A stretch of 64,000 bases of DNA from Entomortierella parvispora E1425. Taxonomy: Eukaryota; Fungi; Mortierellomycota. The stretch covers positions 186,001-250,000 of the forward strand of contig BQFW01000012.1 of the NCBI GenBank assembly GCA_020891255.1, given 5' to 3'. Positions 55,901 to 64,000 of the stretch are shown here, one piece after another. Below the pieces are notes generated by a model. The model did not search any database. It was not told the DNA's origin and was given only the letters and a program-made list of their open reading frames with translations. The first letter of the stretch is position 1, and every line of letters starts with the position of its first letter. Made by a program: the position numbers and the translations under genes.

Positions 55901-57974
55901 CCTGCAAGATTGCCTGCCACTCAGCAAGGGTAGCCTTCCGGGGCAAAGTCTGCAGGACTTTTGGTATGTTCTTGATATGAGAGAGGCACTCTGCCAGCTG
56001 CATCACTGTTGGCTGATTCTCCGTTCTGACTAAACATTCAACAGTCCTGTGACGCGCCTGAATTACATTCAAATCCAGTGATGGTCGAAGTAGCCATTGC
56101 CTCAGAAGATATCTCCCCTGTGGGGTCCGTGTTTGACTTAAAATGCCTAAAAGAGAGTAAAGGTCCGTTGAAGGCTCTCAGGCTAAGAAAACACTTGATT
56201 AACGACACATGCCCGCAGCTAACTGTACCAAAAAGGGAGAGGCCTTCCTTGCGCCCACGAATGCTACTGTGCATGTTGGGATGTGACTCATCTTCAAAAA
56301 CCTGAAGCGAGCTTGAAAAGGGAAGAATGTTAGAGTGGCGAGTTTTTTCTGATGCATCCAAACTGCGGATTTTATCAACCTTGGTCTGCGCTACCTCAAT
56401 GTGTTTGCATTTACAAACATGAACGAGTCGCTGGAAGAAGGGAAAGGTTAGTCGAAAGCCATATGCGTTTCAAGAAACTAGATGGGCTACTTACATCGAG
56501 AACGACCCAACTGAGATGATCATGACAGGATGACCATTCCGGATACTCCTGCGGGATAGTCCGTGGCGTGACAGGAACCCAACAATCGCTCCAGCACACC
56601 CAACCTGAAAATGAGAATGCAGTTGATTACGCTTGGGCCATGCAGGTCAGGGTAACACAAGAATCATTGTAATACCAAAGAGAAGAACCCTACACTTTCA
56701 GTGCTTTGAAGATCGATCACGTTTGACAAATGAAGCAGAGCTTCTCGTTGAGCGTTCCCGTCCATCTCTGAGTAGTGAATAGGCCAATCATCCGACTCTC
56801 TGGCTCCCACATTCGATGATACTGACGAGACGCTCCTTGACGTGCGGTGGATGTATACCGAGACCGATACTAGCCTTGACTTTGCCAGTCCAAAAGAAAA
56901 CTCGTTGGCGGGTCGAACTTCAATTTTGGTTTCCTCGCTCGAGGCTATCAAGAAAGAGCGAGACTTGATCATCAGTTTGGATATTGGTGATAGCCTTAAT
57001 GTTCATGAGATTAAAATGAGAAAATTACGGTCGAACTGGATGGCATATAGCAGAGCCTCATCTGCTCGGGAGCTTGCCAAAACCAAGGTTGGTCGCAACT
57101 GGACTTTCACTTTGTATCAATTACACAAGACAGAATTAGAACCTGGTACAAAAGCTTCGGTTTTGATTCGAGCAAGAGGGGAGATAGCCTTACCGTTTTC
57201 AATCATCTCCAGGGGATTGCAGTTCGTCAAATCGTTCATAACCAAGAGCTTGCTGATTTGGCCATCGTAATAGGCGCAACCTAGTGTCCGTCCTCGAACG
57301 TGAATCGCTAGGATTATCTACATGCAACAGTTCAAATAGGCAAATACAAGTTAATAAAAGCCCCTGCTTTGGTGCTTTGATCATGACTGTCAGTAGTAAA
57401 AGTTCTTCTGTACCTCTCTACCGAGTCCAGTATCAGTCGACGACCAGTCAGCCTCGTGTGCCAAAGACAGGTTCTGTTGGGACTCTGAAAAGTGATAGTT
57501 TGGCCGGGACTGGGTCCAGTTGTTTGAGACTGTGGCCGCAAGTTGTTCAAGCGTTGTTGTTTCAGGCGGCACTTCAGATTCTTTAACTCGATCTGGTCGG
57601 TCCAAGGTTTTCTGATAATGGTAAAAGCCGGAGGTACCATCTCGGCCTGGAGTTGCACTTTTCGAAGATGAAGAGATGGTCGAGTTCGGTCGACACACAT
57701 TCTGATGATACTCAATCCAAGATCGATTTGATGTCGGGGCCGCTTGAGGAGAGCGATTTTCAGATTCCATGCTTGCACAAGCCGTTGCTCTGATGCTAGA
57801 GTCTATTGCTGTTCCTCTGGGTTCCTCGGTTGCATGCCCACCTCCTTGAGCAGCGCCCAAGTCAACTGATCCAGATGTAGACTTGTTGAGGTTCTGGCCG
57901 ACTGTAGGTTGATCCTGTTCATCTTCGGAGACTAACGACGAGCAGAAAGTCAACAGTGGATCATCGCGAAGCAT
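52960..57974 (-). CDS. MSH5: Meiotic MutS homologue Msh5 (many exons; 5' end uncertain)
   Basis: LTGANSSGKSIYLKQ, ALITYMAHVGCFVPAESA, SAFMTDLHQV, SLVILDEFGKGT, ATTHFHEL. Confidence 0.88.
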
Positions 57975-58068
57975 GAAGGCGAACTCTCGGATGGGCAGGA
58001 TGAAAGGAAATATATTTGGAGGAGAACAAGCAAGAAGGATATCATATCTGGTCTGATTTGATTGCCAC

Positions 58069-58114
<46 letters not shown>

Positions 58115-58999
58115 GCTCTTGGTCAACTGAACGACAATAGCTCTGGCCCCATATGCGATCTACGGTAGCCCTGATGGCACTGCAAAGCTCGATAGGGAGG
58201 CTCTAGCTCCAGTCAGACTCCGGGGTTGACAGGAGGGCCAAGGTGCAGTGGGATGCGCACCATCTTTGGAAGTGAATAGGGAGAGCGCTTCACCACTCCG
58301 GCCAAGGGGAGAGAGCTGCGAAGCACCCAGTTCGGAAGGTTTTGAGAAGTGCTGCGGGGAAATGTGACACAGTCTGGCAGAGCGGAAACCGGATTGGATG
58401 CGACGGCGCTTGAAATATTTTGGGTTGTTCGTGTGAAGATATCCATCCTCAACGTCCGAGGATCGTCTCTCTCTCCCTCCTTGCTACTGCTGTTGTAGGT
58501 ATATGTAGGCGTTGGGAAGAGACCCCTTTGGACGGATTTATTTCTAGAATGACCGAGTCCAAGATGCTGCAAGTCATCGTCAGAGATGAGCCACACTGAC
58601 GGCCCACAACATGATGTGGCGAGCGAGGCGGCATCAGTCGAGATCGTCCACAGGGACGAGCAAACAAGACGATGTTGTTTGATTTGGTGAACACGCCTGG
58701 TTCTCAGCACGGACAATCCGCAGCAAACAGTTGAGGGAGGGGAGGACTGGACCGAGAAGCGAGGCGGGGGAAAGGGCAAAGAGGCTCCATATGGTCCAAG
58801 GCAGGAGACGCAACTCCCTCGCTTTTTTTTTTTTCTTTCTTTTTCTTCCTTTTCTTTTTCTTTTCTTTTTCTTTTTCTCTTCACGCCCTTCATTCTCTTC
58901 TTCCTCTCTTTCTCTCAAGGTCTACTCCCCCCCTAGACTGAAGCTCCTCAAAGAAGAGACAGACAAGAAATGAGATCCATACCCCCACTCCCTCTCGCC

Positions 59000-61900
59000 A
59001 TGTCGACTGGTCCATTTGATCGATTCTGCGCTAATGACTCCTCAGAGGTAAATCTCTGTCCTCTTCGTCAATTACAATCTACATTTTCAATGTGCATCAG
59101 GCTAATCTTTTCTCCACTCTTCGTTCGCTCACCTCTTGCATCATGATAGCCCTGGATCGACAATGACTTTTCTCCATGTTTCCATCAGACGTAAGCAGCA
59201 CCCAACAACTCTTTTTTGAATGCATTCACCACCCGGTGCATGGAACTCGTCCAACCAGTCTCGTGCCCGTCTCAATTCAGTCCCACATTATTTAAGCGAT
59301 GCCATTCATGCCTCTCCGGGGATGACTCACTGGCTTACGGAGAATGAGAAAGCCGCGCGTTGTCATCTCCACTCCGTTTGCGCATCCGTTCTCTTTTCCG
59401 CCCGTTGCAACTCCGGTCACAGAAGGTTTCCTCTGGTGCCATGGAGACCCTCTCAGTGGTACCTCGCCGAACCTTCACTGGATTGCAAAAAGGCCTTCCT
59501 TCGATCTGTTGCCGCCGTATTTGTTTTTGGCATCGATCGTTGCCATAAAAAGGATGGATTGATGCTGCCGTCATGTACCAACAGTTTTGTATGTTAGCTT
59601 GTTTACTTACTGTCCCCTTGTTTTCTATCATACATAGTGTCCTTGATGCTGGCATCCCTTTGCTATGTGCGGTGTTGTCGCTGATTACGATCCTCGGTAC
59701 TGTCGTCTACAAGAAGGTTCACAGGAACCACTCAGGCGATCACTCTGGATACCTGCCCATCTCTGGACAGGAGGATACCCTTGCTGGATCAGAGGCGGAC
59801 ATCGAGGACCAGGACGACACCCAATTGAACGGATCAGACCTCGGTCAGGTCTCTAGTGGACGCAGAGTCTCAGTCCGCGACGCTGTCAAGACCTTGGCTG
59901 CCTTTATCTCCTTGGGAGTTTCCATTGCCTGGCTGGTTGTGCGATCCAACTCTGACAAGCACTCGTATCTTTACCTTGCTCCCTTGATCTCCACCTTGGC
60001 CTGGGTAAGTTTCGATTTTTTTTTCACACAGATAGAGTAAGTAGACAAGCAGGAGCGGCACATCGTTTGGATTGGACAGTAAGTTGGCGACTCGTCCAGG
60101 CGACCGGATGTCGTCTGGATGCCCTCAATATAATATCCCGAGCAACTGAGATGCACAGGACAGGCAAAACAGAGTTGCGGTTGTGTCTTTGCGCAATCTC
60201 CGCCAGAGTTTCAAGACGCAGAGGACAGTGTGACCTGGCACAACGTTACAAACGAGCAGACTTTACTCGCCATATCTCCAGAACGAACACCGCGAAGTGA
60301 CTCTGTATTAACTACACGTTTAATTGGCAAATGGACTCACCCTATCTATGTTTTACTCTCGTACAATCTTTTTGTAGGCGTACATCTCCCTCTTGACGGT
60401 CTTTTATCTCTTCCGGCCCCTCAACCCATTGGTCTCGCTCACTCCCCACTTTTCCGTGTTTTTCATTGTCAACTTGCCCGTCGCTTTATTCAGGCTCCGC
60501 ACCCAAGTCCTCCACAAGACCTCGCAGTTTGAGCTGGTACTCGCCTCAATCTACTTTATCGATGCCCTGTTCCTTGCCTACTTTGCTCTGACTTCAGGAA
60601 AGTCAACTCGTGCCATGGTGGCTAAACCTGGGCAGCGCACCCCTTGTCCAGAAGCCTATGCCTCGCTCATGGACCTTGCTTTTTTCTCGTGGGCCAATCC
60701 CCTGATCAGACTTGGATATCAACGCGCCCTCAACAACGAAGACATCTGGGATTTCCGTCTTAGCGACTACTCCTCTGCTGTCATCCATCACTTCCGTCAA
60801 TCCATCCTGGCCACACGCAAGAACTATCCTTTCTTGATCCGTTTGATTATCAACTTCAAGAAAAGAATCGGCGTTCAAGCCATTTGGGCTGTCATTTGGG
60901 GCATGTTCACATTTGTTGGACCATTCGCTCTGGAGCGCATCCTTCATTACATTCAGAACCAAGACACTATTTCTGTCGAATGGGGTTACATCTACGTCTT
61001 TGGTATGTTCTTCGGTATGTTGATTGCCACAATTGCCCAGTCTCAGATGCTTTGGCACGGTCGCCGTATCTCGATCCAACTCCGCTCCATTGTTGTCGGT
61101 GAAGTGTACGCCAAAGCTCTCCGTCGTAAGGACCGTGCTGGACAAACCCAACAGACAAAGGGGGGCGCCGAGAATGAGGAAGAAAACGAGATGTTCACTC
61201 AGGGTGCTATCAACAACATGATCTCGAACGATACCTCGGAAATTTCCAATGTTAGCGCCTACCTTCAGGATGTGTACATCTTGCCACTTCAAGTCACCCT
61301 CGCTATCATGTTCCTTTACCGTATCTTGGGCTGGTCCGCCCTTGCCGGTGTCGTCACCATGGCCTGCTTTATTCCATTCAACTTGTATCTCACCAACATC
61401 GTGGAGGAGATCCAAGATGACTTGATGAAGGCCACCGACAAGCGTGCAGAACTCATGAATGAGCTGCTGCAGGCTATCCGGATTATCAAGTTCTTCTCAT
61501 GGGAGCGCAACTTTTATGGCAAGGTCGATAAGGCCCGTGAGCTTGAGCTGACAAAGCTTCGACTTCGCTTCACCTGGTGGATCTTTGGTACTGCTCTGTG
61601 GTTCGGAACTCCTGTTATCGTTACCATCACCACTTTCTTTGTTTACACCAAAATTGCTGGAAACACTCTTACTGCCGATGTTGCTTTCCCCGCCCTTGCC
61701 TTGTTCAACGTCCTTCGCGCACCCATGGATGCTTTCCCCGAGGTGCTGGCTCTGTGCCTTCGTGCCAAGGTTTCTGCTGCTCGTATTGATCGGTTCTTGG
61801 ACGAGGAGGAGGTTCTCGTCTACAGCAACACTCGCCCCCGCAAGAATCTTCCCAGCGATCCTATCATTGGATTTAAGAACGCCACATTCTCATATGCTGG

Positions 61901-64000
61901 AAAGACGGAACAAGATGCTGCCAATGCTGCCCACGAAAACGGCGATGCTGTTCAGGGTCACCACTTTGAGCTGAAGGATCTGAACTTGGAGTTCCCTGTC
62001 GGAGAACTCTCTGTGATTACTGGACCTACTGGAAGCGGAAAGACCTCGCTGTTGTTGTCACTCCTGGGAGAGATTAACCCTGTGAAAGGCCAGGCCTTCC
62101 TTCCCCGACGCGACTCGCACGATATCAACCCTGTGACTGGTTTGACCAACGGAATTGCATATGTTGCTCAGCAGGCCTGGCTCCAGAACAACACTGTCCG
62201 TAACAACATCCTGTTCGGCTCTCCCTTTGAACAGCGCCGCTATGACCAGGTTGTTGAGATGTGTGCCCTCAAACGCGACTTTGAGATCTTGGAGCATGGC
62301 GACGAGACCGAGATTGGTGAGCGAGGCATTACTCTTTCCGGTGGCCAGAAGCAGCGCATTGCCCTTGCTCGTGCCATCTATTCTCGTGCCGGCCATATTT
62401 TGCTCGATGATTGTCTCTCCGCTGTGGATGCTCACACTGCCAAATGGTTGTTTGCCAAGTGTTTGATGGGTCCTTTGATGCAAGGTCGTACTCGCATCCT
62501 CGTTACGCATGCTGTCTCGCTTACACTCCGTGGCGCCGCCCATGTCGTTGTTCTCCGTAATGGAACCGTTGTTGCCAGCGGTACTTCTGCCCAGGTGTTT
62601 GAATCCGGTATCCTTGGCGATGATGTTACGAATGAGGAGCAAATCATGGATGATCTCCCTACCACCATGATGACCGCCGACGATCGTACGGTTTCTGCTA
62701 TGGACGATAATGAAGATGATAACGGTGCTGGATCCTCATCCGTGTCCTTGACCGCCGCTGGAAAGAAGAAGAGAAAGAACGGAGCCGAAAGCGACGACGC
62801 CTCTACGGACTCCACCATCCCTGTGAAAGAAAAGAAGAAGCTCATGGAGGACGAAGGAAAGACAGATGGATCTGTCTCCTGGGGTGTTTACCAGCTCTAC
62901 TTCGGATCTATGGGTGGAATTCCCTACTGGATCTTCCTCATGTCCGCCTTCATCTTTATGCAAATCTTCCAAGTTGCTTCTGATACCTGGCTGCGATTCT
63001 GGGCTGGCGCCAGTGAACGTGACAACGGTCTTCAGACCTCCGCCAGCTTTGCTGCCATGTCGACTCCTTCTTTTGCCTCCGAGGCTTCCAGCGTTGCTAC
63101 CAACATGTCGGGACTTTTGATGTCGTTTGCCTGCCAATACCGCGGGGATCACACTTACTTTGGTGGCAACCCAGCCCGCAACTGTCGTCAGGAGATCTTT
63201 GACACTCGCCAACCCATGAGCCCCCTGTCTGCCCTGGATTACCAGTCCGAGCAAGCCGCTGGATTTTCCGCCTTCTCAAAACCAGCTGGTGAGGTTGGAG
63301 ACCTGAACTACTACTTGGGTATCTACGCTCTTCTCTCTTTCGCCTACATCTTTACTATCATGTGCCGCCAAGCTGTCCAGTACCGTGGATCAATATCCGC
63401 GTCTCGTTCACTCCATCGTCGTCTTCTCTCCCAGATCCTGAACTCGCCTGTCCGTTTCTTTGACACGACGCCCTTGGGACGCATCATGAACCGCTTTACA
63501 AAGGATATCGAGACTGTTGACCAGGAAGTTGCTCCCATCGCCTCAAACTTGATGTTTGATCTTCTCGGAACATTAACGGTCGTGATAGTCATCTCAGTGG
63601 TCACACCCAAGTTCTTGATACCTGCCGCCTTGATTTCTATCCTTTTTGTGATCATGGCTATCCTTTATCTGCGCTCATCTCGTGAGCTGAAGCGCATCGA
63701 GTCTGTAAACAAGTCGCCCATCTTTTCTCATTTCGGCGAGTCGCTGTCCGGCGTCGCCACTATCCGCGCCTATGGCGAAGAGAAGAGATTCCAGCATGAG
63801 AACTTGGAGTTGATGGATGAGCACAACCGTCCCTTCTTTTACCTTTGGGTTTGCAACCGCTGGTTGTCGATCCGCGTGGATTTGCTCAGCGCTATGGTTT
63901 CCTTCTTTGCCGGTCTCTTGATTCTCTTGAACCGTGAGAACATTGATGCTGGTGCTGCTGGTATCTCGCTCTCATACTCTCTGACATTTACGGATCATAT
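59000..64000 (+). CDS. ABCC/MRP-family ABC transporter (Ycf1/Ybt1-like), 3'-truncated by window
   Basis: Short 5' exons (MSTGPFDRFCAND, PWIDNDFSPCF); long exon from 60378 stays open to the window end. Walker A GPTGSGKTS, signature LSGGQKQR, Walker B ILLDD, second TMD with FFDTTPLGRIMNRF. Confidence 0.95.

Noticed and set aside
755-58112. Poly-Lys/poly-Phe ORFs generated by long A/T runs (e.g. 755-776, 2942-2968, 48008-48033, 52200-52224, 58071-58112)
   Set aside because: The runs mostly lie inside introns or UTR/intergenic DNA. They are not coding and not retrocopy poly-A tails (no TSDs seen).
58213-58893. 226-aa minus-strand ORF as a separate gene
   Set aside because: It starts in a low-complexity purine tract of the MSH5/ABCC divergent intergenic region. 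Part may be an MSH5 5' exon, but the frame could not be resolved.
60603-63655. Long minus-strand ORFs (60603-61415, 62058-62642, 62736-63254)
   Set aside because: Antisense shadows of the ABCC exon caused by codon bias. The same applies to 8892-9815 opposite Hsp70 and 51704-52189 opposite LTV1.
1-64000. tRNA or rRNA genes
   Set aside because: None recognised by eye. The only tRNA-like match is the Gypsy primer-binding site. A tRNAscan/Infernal run would be needed to exclude them.

Overview
Eukaryotic, intron-containing fungal DNA. GT-AG introns with CTAAC/CTGAC branch points, long poly-A/T intron runs and expanded F-box/LRR genes point to a Mortierellaceae-like early-diverging fungus (inference). 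Housekeeping genes (RBM25/Snu71-like, an HSPA12-type Hsp70, RPL39, a mitochondrial helical-repeat protein, LTV1, MSH5, an ABCC transporter) are interleaved with accessory DNA. The main result is a nested mobile-element cluster at about 10.9-26.2 kb. There, a spliced minus-strand gene reconstructs to about 1,440 aa and joins an N-terminal XPG/FEN1/EXO1-type 5' nuclease to a C-terminal Fanzor (TnpB-like RuvC plus Zn ribbon), with all expected catalytic residues visible. A recent Ty3/Gypsy chromovirus (identical 111-bp LTRs, GCAAC target-site duplication) interrupts it, and removing the insertion restores the frame. Upstream and co-oriented are a Tc1/mariner-type non-autonomous element and a Crypton-type tyrosine recombinase gene. 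Other oddities: a 1.7-kb near-perfect inverted repeat, a protein with seven CCCH repeats (64-aa period), an IFI6/IFI27-like gene, a PD-(D/E)XK-like gene, and a possible poison splice site in the RPL39 intron. All calls are from manual reading; no database searches were run.
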